Shown here piece by piece: positions 11,381 through 21,276 of a DNA stretch of 50,612 nucleotides. The position numbers and the translations under genes were made by a program. The number at the start of each line of letters is the position of its first letter. Positions within the stretch are counted from its first letter, which is position 1. The stretch lies in the NCBI GenBank assembly GCA_039767755.1, contig JBDNBT010000157.1, positions 1-50,612 of the forward strand. Direction: 5' to 3'. The notes under the pieces are model-generated. The model searched no databases. It was not told where the DNA came from and worked only from the letters and a program-made list of their open reading frames with translations. Origin of the DNA: Sulfurovum sp. Lineage in GTDB: Bacteria > Campylobacterota > Campylobacteria > Campylobacterales > Arcobacteraceae.

Positions 11381-12442
11381 ATGATTAAAAGAATTCCAAC
11401 AAAACAAATAATAGTAGGAAATGTTCCTATTGGTGGTGATGCACCTATTCCAGTTCAATCTATGACTTTTTCTAAAACATCAGATGTTAAAGCCACAGTT
11501 GAGCAGATAACACAATTACATTTTGCAGGTGCTGATATTGTAAGAGTTGCTGTTCCTGATATGGATGCAGCTAATGCATTAAAAGATATAAAATCACAAG
11601 TTGACTTACCCTTAGTAGCAGATATACATTTTAAATATAAATTAGCTTTAATAGCTTCTGAGGTTGTTGACTGTATTAGAATTAATCCAGGTAATATTGG
11701 AGATAAAAAAAGAGTAGCTGAAGTTGTAAAAGCTTGTCAGCAAAGAGGAATACCAATTAGAATTGGTGTAAACTCAGGAAGCTTAGAAAAACAATTTGAA
11801 GATAAATATGGCCAAACTCCACAGGGTATGGTAGCTTCTGCTGAATACAATATCAAATACTTAGAAGACCTTGGATTTACTAATATGAAAATATCTTTAA
11901 AAGCAAGTGATGTTCAAAGAACAGTTGAAGCATATAGAATGCTAAGACCTAAAAATGATTATCCATTTCACTTAGGAGTTACAGAAGCTGGTACACAATT
12001 CCATTCTACAATCAAATCTTCTATTGCTTTAGGATCTTTACTTTTAGATGGTATTGGTGACACTTTAAGGGTATCTATGACAGGAGAACTTGAAGAAGAA
12101 ATTAAAGTTGGTAAAGCAATTTTAAAAGATGTGGGAATTGCTAAAGAAGGTTTAAATATCGTTTCTTGTCCTACATGTGGAAGAATTGAAGCAGATTTAG
12201 TAAGTGCTGTTGCTGAAATTGAAAAAAGAACTGCTCATATAAAGACACCATTAGACGTATCTGTTATGGGTTGTGTTGTAAATGCAATTGGTGAAGCAAA
12301 AAGTGCAGATGTTGCTATTGCCTTTGGTAAGGGTAGTGGGCTTGTTATGAAAAGAGGCGAGATTATTGAAAAACTTTCTGGAGATGCTTTAATAAATAAG
12401 TTTATCAGTGAAGTAGAAGCTGAAGCTTTAAAAAGAAAATAG
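11381..12442 (+). CDS. ispG: 4-hydroxy-3-methylbut-2-en-1-yl diphosphate synthase
   Basis: 353 aa with [26 protein letters not shown] and VSCPTCGR motifs. Confidence 0.95.
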   Translation: MIKRIPTKQIIVGNVPIGGDAPIPVQSMTFSKTSDVKATVEQITQLHFAGADIVRVAVPDMDAANALKDIKSQVDLPLVADIHFKYKLALIASEVVDCIRINPGNIGDKKRVAEVVKACQQRGIPIRIGVNSGSLEKQFEDKYGQTPQGMVASAEYNIKYLEDLGFTNMKISLKASDVQRTVEAYRMLRPKNDYPFHLGVTEAGTQFHSTIKSSIALGSLLLDGIGDTLRVSMTGELEEEIKVGKAILKDVGIAKEGLNIVSCPTCGRIEADLVSAVAEIEKRTAHIKTPLDVSVMGCVVNAIGEAKSADVAIAFGKGSGLVMKRGEIIEKLSGDALINKFISEVEAEALKRK

Positions 12443-12460
12443 AAAAGAAAGTGAAAATTA

Positions 12461-13900
12461 ATGGATAGTGTTTATAGTTTAAATATTGAAAGGGCAGTAT
12501 TAAGTTCAATCTTTTTTAATCCTGAAGAATTAGAAGATGTAATAGCAGCTTTAAAGCCAAAAGACTTTTACTTACCTGCTCATCAAAAAATATATGAAAC
12601 AATGATAAAACTTCATGATGAGCAAATGCCCATTGATGAAGAGTTTATTAGAAAAAAAGTAGATAGCAAAGTTGTTGATGATTCTATAATTTTAGAAATA
12701 CTAAGTGCTAATCCAATTACAAATACAACAGCTTATGTAAAAGAAATAAAAGATTCAGCTGTAAAAAGAGAGTTAGCTACTTTAGCTACAACTATTAAAA
12801 AAGTTGCAATTGAAGAAGATGTTACTTCAAATGAAGCTTTAAATACTATTCAATCTGAACTATATAAAATATCAACAGACTCATCAACTTCTGAGTTAAA
12901 AGATATGGAAGTTGTATCAACAGATACAATGGCATATATCCAAAAGATGAAAGAGATGGGAAATCATCACTTAATTGGTGAAACTACAGGGTTTGATGCT
13001 CTTGATAGAAAAACAACTGGATTTAATGAAGGTGATTTAGTTATTATTGCTGCAAGACCAGCGATGGGTAAAACTGCTTTAGTTTTAAATATGGCATTAA
13101 AAAATGTAGAAGCTAATAAAGGTGTGATTTTTTTCTCACTTGAAATGCCTGCTGAACAATTGTTTTTAAGAATGCTTGCTGCTAAAACTTCAATTCCATT
13201 ACAAAACCTTAGAAAAGGTGATTTAGATGATAACCAGTGGACTAATTTAAGTGGTGCAGTTAACGATCTTGAAAGAAAAAAACTTTTTGTTGATGATGGA
13301 GGTAGTGTAAACATTAATCAACTAAGAGCAAGAGTTAGAAAACTTGCCCAAAATGAAGATAATAACATTTCACTTGTAATAATTGATTACTTACAACTTA
13401 TGCAAGGAACAGGAACAAAAGATAGACACCAAGAAGTATCTGATATTTCAAGGGGACTTAAAATGTTAGCAAGGGAAATGAAGATTCCTATTATTGCACT
13501 TTCTCAGTTAAACAGGGGACTTGAAAACAGACCTGATAAAAGACCAATGCTTAGTGACCTTAGGGAATCTGGAGCAATTGAGCAAGATGCAGATATTATT
13601 ATGTTTGTATATAGAGATGATGTTTACAAAGAAAGAGATGAAGCTAGAAAAGAGAAAGAAGCCAAAGACAAAGGTGAAGAATACAGGTCTACTTTTGTAA
13701 ACAAACCAGTTGAAGAAGCTGAGATAATAATAGGTAAACAAAGAAATGGTCCTATAGGAACTGTTAAATTAGACTTCCAAAAACAACTTACTAGATTTGT
13801 TGATAAAGAAAACCCTAATGTTTCACCTGTTGAAGTTGTATTCGAAAATGTAGCTGATGCAGAAAGAGAAACTAATATTGATATTCCAAATATTCTATAG
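12461..13900 (+). CDS. dnaB: replicative DNA helicase
   Basis: 479 aa with Walker A ARPAMGKTA, plus FSLEMPAEQL, IIDYLQLM and ALSQLNRGLE. No intein. Confidence 0.95.
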   Translation: MDSVYSLNIERAVLSSIFFNPEELEDVIAALKPKDFYLPAHQKIYETMIKLHDEQMPIDEEFIRKKVDSKVVDDSIILEILSANPITNTTAYVKEIKDSAVKRELATLATTIKKVAIEEDVTSNEALNTIQSELYKISTDSSTSELKDMEVVSTDTMAYIQKMKEMGNHHLIGETTGFDALDRKTTGFNEGDLVIIAARPAMGKTALVLNMALKNVEANKGVIFFSLEMPAEQLFLRMLAAKTSIPLQNLRKGDLDDNQWTNLSGAVNDLERKKLFVDDGGSVNINQLRARVRKLAQNEDNNISLVIIDYLQLMQGTGTKDRHQEVSDISRGLKMLAREMKIPIIALSQLNRGLENRPDKRPMLSDLRESGAIEQDADIIMFVYRDDVYKERDEARKEKEAKDKGEEYRSTFVNKPVEEAEIIIGKQRNGPIGTVKLDFQKQLTRFVDKENPNVSPVEVVFENVADAERETNIDIPNIL

Positions 13901-13945
13901 ATAACAAAAAATATAACTAATTAATAATCATTTAACTAAACTATT

Positions 13946-13981
13946 ACTATAATCTTTTAAATTATTTAAAAGGATTATAGT
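13946..13981 (+). promoter_or_regulatory. 14/15-bp inverted repeat abutting the pilin-like gene ATG; the right arm contains its SD
   Basis: ACTATAATCTTTTA (13946..13959) pairs with TAAAAGGATTATAGT (13967..13981), with a one-base bulge. The left arm contains TATAAT. Confidence 0.5.
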
Positions 13982-14368
13982 ATGAAATCTGCTTTTTCAC
14001 TTCTTGAAATTATTATTGTCATATTAATCATTGGATTAATGTCATCTTTTGCAATTCCAAAGTTGATGGATACTAAAGATTATGCCAACGCAACTACACT
14101 TAAAAGAGATATTTCAGCTATTGTATCATCAGCTCAAGCTTATTATCTTCAAAATGAGAGTTTTGATGATATAAACGAAGCTATAGATATAAATGTAAAT
14201 GTTTGGGAATCAAGTGATGATAACAAAACTTTAAAAGATAAAACAGGTTGTGTAGAAATAGTATTTAATTTACCAAGTAGCATTGATTTGACTTTAAATG
14301 AATCAGAAAGTAAAGTATGCGAGAAATTAAAAAACAGTGGAATTACAGATAAGAATTATTCATTGTAA
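13982..14368 (+). CDS. prepilin-type N-terminal cleavage/methylation domain protein (type II secretion/competence pseudopilin-like)
   Basis: 128 aa. N-terminus MKSAFSLLEIIIVILIIGLMSSFAIPKL fits the class III signal peptide pattern (short leader, conserved Glu, hydrophobic helix). Confidence 0.7.
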   Translation: MKSAFSLLEIIIVILIIGLMSSFAIPKLMDTKDYANATTLKRDISAIVSSAQAYYLQNESFDDINEAIDINVNVWESSDDNKTLKDKTGCVEIVFNLPSSIDLTLNESESKVCEKLKNSGITDKNYSL

Positions 14369-15184
14369 TTATTCTTTTTTTCTAATCCTTAAGAATGAAG
14401 CAAATTTGGGAATTTCATTTTTTGTGAAACTATAGTATTTAAAAGTTACTATATCACCTATTTTAGGTGGATTTCGTTTTTCTTTTGAAGAAAATCCTCC
14501 ACCTAAATTAAATTCTACATTTTTGTATTTTAAACGTAGGCTTTTGAATTTGTTTTGTAAATTATAATTTATACCTATAACTTCCCCTTCATCATCATAA
14601 AACTTTTTCATTTTCAAAATATTTTTGCTTCTACCAGTAAAATAATCTTTTGAAAAGTTTTTTAATATTACTCCTTCACCTTTTTTACTAATAATTTCAT
14701 TAAGATATGAATCTAAATGTTTTGAGTTTTTTACATTTATTTGCTTGATTATTTTTAGATGAGGTATGTGGTTTTTTTCTTTATACTCTTTAATTGTATT
14801 TAGTCTTTTAATAAAATTTCCACTTTGGTTTGGAACTTCAAAAATATTGTAAGTAATTTGTTTCCATTTATTAGATGGTATTTTATCTAGAACTATATTT
14901 TGAATATTTTCAAAATCATTTCTTTTTGTCCATAATTCTCCATCTAATTTAAAATTCGGTAAGTTTTTTGTAAACCATAATGGTGCATAAATCTTATTTC
15001 CATTTTTACTTAATAATTCTTTCCCATTCCAGTATGCTCTTATTCCATCAAGTTTTTCACTCATAAGCCATGAAGAAAAATCATTTATATTGTTTTTATA
15101 AGTCTTTGCTTTTTGTAAATCATTTGCATTTAAATTTAACAAAGAAACTAATAAAATCAAAAAAATTAATATAATTTTACCCAT
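14369..15184 (-). CDS. secreted minimal ATP-dependent DNA ligase (Lig E type)
   Basis: 271 aa with signal peptide MGKIILIFLILLVSLLNLNA. Adenylation motif SEKLDGIRAYW, plus LDGELW, EGVILK and LKMK. Confidence 0.85.
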   Translation of the reverse strand: MGKIILIFLILLVSLLNLNANDLQKAKTYKNNINDFSSWLMSEKLDGIRAYWNGKELLSKNGNKIYAPLWFTKNLPNFKLDGELWTKRNDFENIQNIVLDKIPSNKWKQITYNIFEVPNQSGNFIKRLNTIKEYKEKNHIPHLKIIKQINVKNSKHLDSYLNEIISKKGEGVILKNFSKDYFTGRSKNILKMKKFYDDEGEVIGINYNLQNKFKSLRLKYKNVEFNLGGGFSSKEKRNPPKIGDIVTFKYYSFTKNEIPKFASFLRIRKKE

Positions 15185-15318
15185 CTAATAACCTTTTTTA
15201 TTATAATATTTAAAATTATAAGTAAATGTTTTTTAAAATGAGATTATTTATCATTAAATCATAATAATCTTTTAGATAGAATATTTATCCTTACAATTAA
15301 GATATTAAAGGATGTTCA

Positions 15319-15873
15319 TTGAATCAAAAGATTTTAGATGAAAAAAATAAAGAATTATTATTAAATTCAATTAGAGATGTTGAAGATTTTCCAAAACCTG
15401 GAATAGTATTTAAAGATATTACTACACTATTAAACAACAATGAAGCTTACAAGGTTTTAATGGATCATTTAGTTGATAGATATAAAGATGCAAACTTAGA
15501 TTTTGTTGCAGGAATTGACTCAAGAGGGTTTATTTTTGGAGCAGCTTTAGCTTATGCACTAAATGTTGGTTTTGTACCTATTAGAAAAAAAGGTAAATTA
15601 CCATCTACAACTGTATGTGAAAAATATGAACTTGAGTATGGTTTTGACGAAATTGAATTGCATTTAGATGCATTTAAGTCAAAAGAAAATGCCAGAGTTT
15701 TAATGATTGATGATATTATTGTTACAGGTGGAACGGCAATTGCAGCAGCTAATTTAATAAATAAATTAGACGTAGAACTAGTTGAATCATGTTTTTTAAT
15801 GGACATTGAGTTTTTAGGTGGTGCTGATAAGTTAAGAGAAATAGCACCTGTTTATTCGGTATTAAATATTTAA
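15319..15873 (+). CDS. apt: adenine phosphoribosyltransferase
   Basis: 184 aa with [13 protein letters not shown] and PRPP motif [17 protein letters not shown] start 6 nt after SD AAAGGA. Confidence 0.92.
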   Translation: MNQKILDEKNKELLLNSIRDVEDFPKPGIVFKDITTLLNNNEAYKVLMDHLVDRYKDANLDFVAGIDSRGFIFGAALAYALNVGFVPIRKKGKLPSTTVCEKYELEYGFDEIELHLDAFKSKENARVLMIDDIIVTGGTAIAAANLINKLDVELVESCFLMDIEFLGGADKLREIAPVYSVLNI

Positions 15874-15888
15874 AAAAGAGAAGATATT

Positions 15889-17097
15889 ATGAGTGATTAC
15901 ATCCCAAAGCCTAGTAAATTTGATCCAGACGAATTAGGTCAATTTGGTATTTTTGGTGGACAGTATGTACCAGAAACATTAATGCCAGTTTTAAAAGAAT
16001 TAGAAGAAGAATATAAAAAATATAGACATGACCCTGAATTTTGGGCAGAAGTAAATGATTTATTAAGAGATTATGTTGGTAGAGAAAACCCACTTTATTT
16101 AGCTAAAAATATTAGTGAAGAAATTGGTGCTAAGGTTTATTTAAAAAGAGAAGATCTAAACCATACAGGTGCTCACAAAGTAAATAACGTAATTGCACAA
16201 GGTTTACTAGCAAAAAAATTAGGTAAAACTAAAATTATTGCTGAAACAGGTGCTGGGCAACATGGTGTTGCTAGTGCTACTATTGCTGCACTTTTAGGTT
16301 TAGAGTGTACAGTATTTATGGGTGCAAAAGATGTTGAAAGACAAGAGTTAAATGTATTTAGAATGAAGCTTTTAGGAGCTAAAGTTGTAGCTGTTCAATC
16401 TGGAAGTAAAACACTAAAAGATGCAATGAACGATGCAATTAGATACTGGGTAACAAATGCTAGAGATACATTTTATGTAATTGGAACAGTTGCTGGTCCT
16501 CATCCTTATCCCTTAATGGTTAGAGATTTCCAAGCGGTTATTGGATACGAAGCTAGAAAACAAATTTTAGAAAAAGAAAATAGACTACCTGATTATGTTG
16601 TTGCATGTATTGGTGGTGGTTCAAACGCTATTGGTATGTTTTCACACTTCTTAGAAGATAAAGAAGTAACTTGTATTGGTATTGAAGCTGGCGGTATGGG
16701 AATAGATACAAATAAACATGGGTGTTCTTTAGAAAAAGGTAGACCTGGTGTTCTACATGGACAATGTTCATACTTATTACAAGATGAAGATGGTCAAGTA
16801 ATGGAAGCACATTCTATTAGTGCAGGTTTAGATTATCCAGGAATTGGTCCTGAGCATGCATTTCATAAAGATAACAACTCAGTACAGTATGACTCAGTTA
16901 CGGATGATGAAGCTATGGAGGCCTTTGTATGGCTTTCAAGAAAAGAGGGGATAATTCCTGCTTTTGAAACTGCACATGCAATTGGATACTTAAAGAAAGC
17001 AAAAGAAAAATTAAAAGATAAAATCATAATTATTAACCTTTCAGGTAGAGGTGATAAAGATATGATTCAAGCAAAGAGTATTTTAAATTTTGACTAA
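15889..17097 (+). CDS. trpB: tryptophan synthase beta chain (TrpB1 type)
   Basis: 402 aa with [18 protein letters not shown] lysine in [19 protein letters not shown] and SGRGDKD. Confidence 0.93.
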   Translation: MSDYIPKPSKFDPDELGQFGIFGGQYVPETLMPVLKELEEEYKKYRHDPEFWAEVNDLLRDYVGRENPLYLAKNISEEIGAKVYLKREDLNHTGAHKVNNVIAQGLLAKKLGKTKIIAETGAGQHGVASATIAALLGLECTVFMGAKDVERQELNVFRMKLLGAKVVAVQSGSKTLKDAMNDAIRYWVTNARDTFYVIGTVAGPHPYPLMVRDFQAVIGYEARKQILEKENRLPDYVVACIGGGSNAIGMFSHFLEDKEVTCIGIEAGGMGIDTNKHGCSLEKGRPGVLHGQCSYLLQDEDGQVMEAHSISAGLDYPGIGPEHAFHKDNNSVQYDSVTDDEAMEAFVWLSRKEGIIPAFETAHAIGYLKKAKEKLKDKIIIINLSGRGDKDMIQAKSILNFD

Positions 17098-17110
17098 AAT
17101 AAGGTAGTAA

Positions 17111-17806
17111 ATGAAGGCACTTTTTAATGCATTAAGACCTCATTCAGGGAAGATATTTTTTTCTGTAGTAGCAATATTTTTCTCTTTTATCATTTACAAT
17201 CTTATAAATGCTCCTGTTGAGGGTTTTCAAAATAAGTTTGTTTATTTATTAAAAGAACACGGTTATGTGATTTTATTTGCATGGGGAATGCTTGAAGGTG
17301 AAGCTGGATTAGTAATGGCTGGTTTATTATCTCATACAGGGGATATGAATCTTTATCTTGCTATTTTTATTGCTGGGCTTGGTGGGTTTGCTGGTGATCA
17401 AGTTTATTTTTATATTGGAAGATATAATAAATCTTATGTTCATAAAAAGTTCAAAGGCCAAAGACGTAAGTTTGCCTTAGCACATTTATTACTAAAAAAA
17501 TATGGTTGGCCAATTATCTTTGTACAGCGATATATGTATGGAATGAGAACAATAATTCCTATTTCAATAGGTTTAACTAGATATAGTGCAAAAATGTTTG
17601 CATTTATAAATTTAATTAGTGCATGGTGTTGGGCTGCTATTACTATAGTACCTGTGTGGTATTTTGGTAATGAAATCTTAAAACTACTAGAAATAGCTAA
17701 AGAAAACTGGTATTTTGCATTACCATTTGTTTTACTAGCTGGTGGAAGTATAATATTTTATTTTAATAAAGCTACAAAAAAAGTTTCAAGAAGGAGTATA
17801 GTTTGA
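17111..17806 (+). CDS. DedA-family membrane protein
   Basis: 231 aa, polytopic, with DedA-like GEAGLVMAGLL and RYMYGMRTIIPISIG regions. Confidence 0.8.
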   Translation: MKALFNALRPHSGKIFFSVVAIFFSFIIYNLINAPVEGFQNKFVYLLKEHGYVILFAWGMLEGEAGLVMAGLLSHTGDMNLYLAIFIAGLGGFAGDQVYFYIGRYNKSYVHKKFKGQRRKFALAHLLLKKYGWPIIFVQRYMYGMRTIIPISIGLTRYSAKMFAFINLISAWCWAAITIVPVWYFGNEILKLLEIAKENWYFALPFVLLAGGSIIFYFNKATKKVSRRSIV

Positions 17807-19212
17807 AAATTAATTTAATAGATAAAAAAGTTGAAGCAGATTTAGAAATTGTTTTAACAAATGATATAAAAGACTTAAAAGAAAAAGAAATTTTAGAGCA
17901 ATTAGGGTTTGAGGCTAAAGATGAAACATCAGTATTCTTACCTGAATCTAAAAAAATATTTGTTGGTTTTGAAGATGAAGATTATGAAAGTTTAGCAATT
18001 GCTATAACGCAAGCTGTTAAGAAAATTAAAGCTACAAAATTTACAACAGCAAACTTAGAATTAGATTGTGAATGTTCTTCAAAATTAAAAGCAATAGTTG
18101 AAGGTATCTATCTTTCTTCTTATGAGTTTAATACATATAAATCAAACAAAGAAACAAAGAAAAAGCAAACTATTAATATCATTGTTAAAAAAGTTACAAA
18201 GAAACTTGAAGATGTGTTAAGTGAATCTAAAACTGTAACAAAAGCTGTTAACAAAGTTAGAGATATGGTAAATACTCCACCAGCTGATTTTTATCCAAAA
18301 ACTATGGCTGATGTGGCAAAAGAAATTGCTAAAGATGTAAATATCAAAGCTACAGTTCATGGTGAAAAATATTTATTAAAAAATAAAATGAACTCTATGT
18401 ATAGTGTTGGTAAAGCATCAACAAATGAATCAAAATTAATTCACTTATCATACACACCTAAGAATGCTAAGAAAAAAGTAGTTTTAGTAGGTAAAGGTTT
18501 AACTTATGATTCAGGTGGTTTATCTTTAAAACCTGCTGATTTCATGGTTACAATGAAATTAGACAAATCAGGTGGATGTGCTGTTTTAGGAACTATTTGG
18601 GCTGCTGCTAAATTAGGACTTGATGTAGAAATTCACGCTGTTGTTGGTGCTGTAGAAAATATGGTAGCTGGAAATGCTTATAAGCCTGATGATGTATTAA
18701 CTGCTAAAAATGGTAAAACTATTGAAGTTAGAAATACAGATGCTGAGGGTAGATTAGTATTAGCAGATTGTTTATGTTACGCTCAAGATGAGATCAAAGA
18801 TATTGATTATATCTTTGATTATGCAACTTTAACAGGAGCTTGTGTAGTTGGTGTAGGTCAATATACAACGGGTGTAATGGGTAACTGTGAAGAGTTAAAG
18901 AAAACAGCTGTTCAAAGAAGTCATGAAGCTGGAGAATATGCTACTGCCTTAGATTTTAATAGATTTTTAAGAAAAGCTATCAAATCACAAATTGCTGATG
19001 TATGCAATATTGCAAATACTAGATATGGTGGAGCTATTACAGCTGGATTATTTTTAGATAATTTTGTTTATGAAGAAAACAAAAACAAATGGTTACATTT
19101 TGATATTGCTGGACCTGCTTTTGTAGAAAGTGAGTGGGGATATAATCCTCATGGTGGTACAGGTGCTGCTGTTAGAATGAACATCAACTTATTAAAAAAT
19201 TTATCTAAATAA
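17803..19212 (+). CDS. pepA: leucyl aminopeptidase (M17)
   Basis: 469 aa with VGKGLTYDSGGLSLKP and NTDAEGRLVLAD. TTG start 6 nt after SD AAGGAG, overlapping the DedA stop by 4 nt. Confidence 0.9.
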   Translation: MKINLIDKKVEADLEIVLTNDIKDLKEKEILEQLGFEAKDETSVFLPESKKIFVGFEDEDYESLAIAITQAVKKIKATKFTTANLELDCECSSKLKAIVEGIYLSSYEFNTYKSNKETKKKQTINIIVKKVTKKLEDVLSESKTVTKAVNKVRDMVNTPPADFYPKTMADVAKEIAKDVNIKATVHGEKYLLKNKMNSMYSVGKASTNESKLIHLSYTPKNAKKKVVLVGKGLTYDSGGLSLKPADFMVTMKLDKSGGCAVLGTIWAAAKLGLDVEIHAVVGAVENMVAGNAYKPDDVLTAKNGKTIEVRNTDAEGRLVLADCLCYAQDEIKDIDYIFDYATLTGACVVGVGQYTTGVMGNCEELKKTAVQRSHEAGEYATALDFNRFLRKAIKSQIADVCNIANTRYGGAITAGLFLDNFVYEENKNKWLHFDIAGPAFVESEWGYNPHGGTGAAVRMNINLLKNLSK

Positions 19213-19222
19213 CTACATAAAA

Positions 19223-19245
19223 TACACTAGAATTTTTCTAGTGTA
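19223..19245 (+). terminator. hairpin downstream of pepA
   Basis: 9-bp perfect stem TACACTAGA / TCTAGTGTA with a 5-nt loop. The T-tract (ctttcttttt) lies a few nt downstream. Confidence 0.5.
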
Positions 19246-19327
19246 TAACACTTTCTTTTTGCTTTATGATTTTATATGGAAAATTACTATATAATCCCTA
19301 AAAATATATGTATACAAAGGTAAATAA

Positions 19328-20428
19328 ATGGGATTAGGTGTAGGAATTGTAGGACTTCCAAACGTAGGTAAATCAACAACTTTTAATGCTTTAACAAAAG
19401 CTCAAAATGCAGAAGCACAAAACTATCCGTTTTGTACAATTGAACCAAATAAAGCGATTGTACCAGTACCAGATAAAAGACTTGACGAATTAGCAAAAAT
19501 TGTTAATCCTGATAAGATTCAACACTCAACTATAGATTTTGTTGATATTGCAGGACTTGTTAGAGGAGCTTCTAAAGGTGAAGGTTTAGGAAATCAATTC
19601 TTATCTAATATTAGAGAAGTTGAAGTTATTTTACACATGGTAAGATGTTTTGATGATGGAAATATTACTCACGTTGAAGGCGATGTTAATCCTCTAAGAG
19701 ATATTGAAATAATAGAAACAGAATTAATTTATGCAGATATTGGGCAACTTGAAAAGAAAATCGATAGATTAAAAAAACAATCTAAGGGATCAAAAGAAGC
19801 TGCTTCTATGCTTGTAGTTGCTGAAGAATTATATACTCATATTTGTGATTTACAACCTGTAAAAACTTTTGAAAAATTAGAAGATGAAACTTTTATTGCT
19901 TTAGATAGAGAATTAAGATTTTTATCAAATAAAGATGTAATTTACGGAGCTAACGTTGATGAAGATTCATTAGTTGATGGTAATAATTATGTAGATATTT
20001 TAAGAGAACATGCTAGCAGTGTAAATGCTGATTTAATTATGCTTTGTGCAAAAATTGAAGAAGAACTAGTTGGTATGGAAGATGATGAAGCTAAAGAAAT
20101 GTTAAATGACCTAGGTGTAGCAGAATCAGGATTAGAAAAAATCATTCATACTTCATTTGATAAGTTAGGTTTACAGTCATACTTTACAGCTGGTAAAATG
20201 GAAGTAAGAGCTTGGACTATTAGAAAAAATACAAAAGCACCACAAGCTGCTGCTGTTATTCATAATGACTTTGAAAAAGGTTTCATTAAAGCAGAAGTAA
20301 TTGCATATGAAGATTTCGTTACATTAGGTGGTGAAGCTAAATGTAAAGAAAATGGAAAACTAAAATTAGAAGGTAAAGATTACGTTGTTCAAGATGGCGA
20401 TGTAATGCACTTTAGATTTAACGTATAA
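19328..20428 (+). CDS. ychF: redox-regulated ATPase YchF
   Basis: 366 aa with GIVGLPNVGKSTTFNALT and C-terminal VQDGDVMHFRFN. Confidence 0.95.
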   Translation: MGLGVGIVGLPNVGKSTTFNALTKAQNAEAQNYPFCTIEPNKAIVPVPDKRLDELAKIVNPDKIQHSTIDFVDIAGLVRGASKGEGLGNQFLSNIREVEVILHMVRCFDDGNITHVEGDVNPLRDIEIIETELIYADIGQLEKKIDRLKKQSKGSKEAASMLVVAEELYTHICDLQPVKTFEKLEDETFIALDRELRFLSNKDVIYGANVDEDSLVDGNNYVDILREHASSVNADLIMLCAKIEEELVGMEDDEAKEMLNDLGVAESGLEKIIHTSFDKLGLQSYFTAGKMEVRAWTIRKNTKAPQAAAVIHNDFEKGFIKAEVIAYEDFVTLGGEAKCKENGKLKLEGKDYVVQDGDVMHFRFNV

Positions 20429-20488
20429 TCAAGTATTTTAATTTAAATAGATTTAGAACCAACAATTATTTACTTAAAACAAATATTA

Positions 20489-20517
20489 TTAGATGAAGTT
20501 TATAAAACTTCATCTAA
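20489..20517. terminator. hairpin between convergent ychF and recO (better placed for recO)
   Basis: 13-bp perfect stem TTAGATGAAGTTT / AAACTTCATCTAA with a 3-nt loop. A T-rich run follows on the minus strand. Confidence 0.5.
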
Positions 20518-20532
20518 AATATTATGTATGTT

Positions 20533-21147
20533 TTACAAACCTTCTAAAACAATATTCCACAGATATTCAATTTCATTATCATTAAAGCTAATTAGATTTT
20601 GATCTTCAAACAATTCAACTATTTTTTTCTTCTCAAAAACTCTACTTTTAGTACATGTAGAATGTACAGGAATAAAACTTCTAACTAATGATATTTTATC
20701 TTCTATAATTTTTTCACAAAGCAAGCACTCATAATCAATGTGAAGTCTACCCTCAAACTCTAGTAAGCTTACATATGATTGTATTATAGAGCGTAGGGCA
20801 TTTTGTTTTTCCATTAGTTTCTCAAGGTTTTCAAGATTATAGTAATAAAAGCTATCAATATGTTCTATATCTTTAAAGTGTCTATAAAATAGTTTTAAAT
20901 ATCTTTGCCAGCAATACATTTTTTCAGGATCTAATACCCATGGAAAACCTAACTGTATTACATCTTTTAGTCGTGAAATGTTACTTTTAGTAATTTCAAG
21001 TTCAAAGTCAATTTTATAACCTATATTTATAATTGAGTGTCTAGCCCCATAAAATCTATATGAAGTTACTATTTCATCTTCTGTAAGTATGGAAACTATT
21101 AAATCATCATCTTTAACAGATTTTGTATCAATTATATAACCTTGCAT
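20533..21147 (-). CDS. recO: DNA repair protein RecO (short epsilonproteobacterial form)
   Basis: 204 aa with an N-terminal OB-like region (MQGYIIDTKSVKDDDLIVSILTEDEIVTSYRFYGARHS) and Cys pairs CLLC...HSTC. Assigned from my recollection of Campylobacter/Helicobacter RecO. Confidence 0.6.
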   Translation of the reverse strand: MQGYIIDTKSVKDDDLIVSILTEDEIVTSYRFYGARHSIINIGYKIDFELEITKSNISRLKDVIQLGFPWVLDPEKMYCWQRYLKLFYRHFKDIEHIDSFYYYNLENLEKLMEKQNALRSIIQSYVSLLEFEGRLHIDYECLLCEKIIEDKISLVRSFIPVHSTCTKSRVFEKKKIVELFEDQNLISFNDNEIEYLWNIVLEGL

Positions 21148-21233
21148 AAAAGTTGTTCAATCCTAATTGTAGTTTTTTTATTTTATCTAAAGCAATCTAG
21201 GTAATAGCTTTCAATAAAAGCAAATAAATTTTT

Positions 21234-21242
21234 TGTTATAAT
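21234..21242 (+). promoter_or_regulatory. extended -10 promoter (TGtTATAAT) for ppnP
   Basis: Exact TGnTATAAT about 35 nt upstream of the ATG, with SD AAGGA in between. Confidence 0.55.
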
Positions 21243-21276
21243 ATTACATATATTAAATTAAATATAAGGATGAAAT

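Noticed and set aside
12967-13741. Two antisense ORFs (115 aa and 77 aa) inside dnaB. Similar ORFs occur inside pyrH (1709..1954), glyA (7766..8005), apt (15552..15806), trpB (15911..16093, 16628..16810), murF (37630..37932), map (48992..49228) and others.
   Set aside because: All lie fully within well-supported genes on the other strand and have odd amino-acid composition. Nothing suggests they are expressed.
15889-17097. The possibility that the orphan trpB is a TrpB2-type paralogue.
   Set aside because: Its length (402 aa) and N-terminal FGxFGGxYVPETL motif are TrpB1 characteristics. TrpB2 proteins are longer, with a distinct N-terminus.
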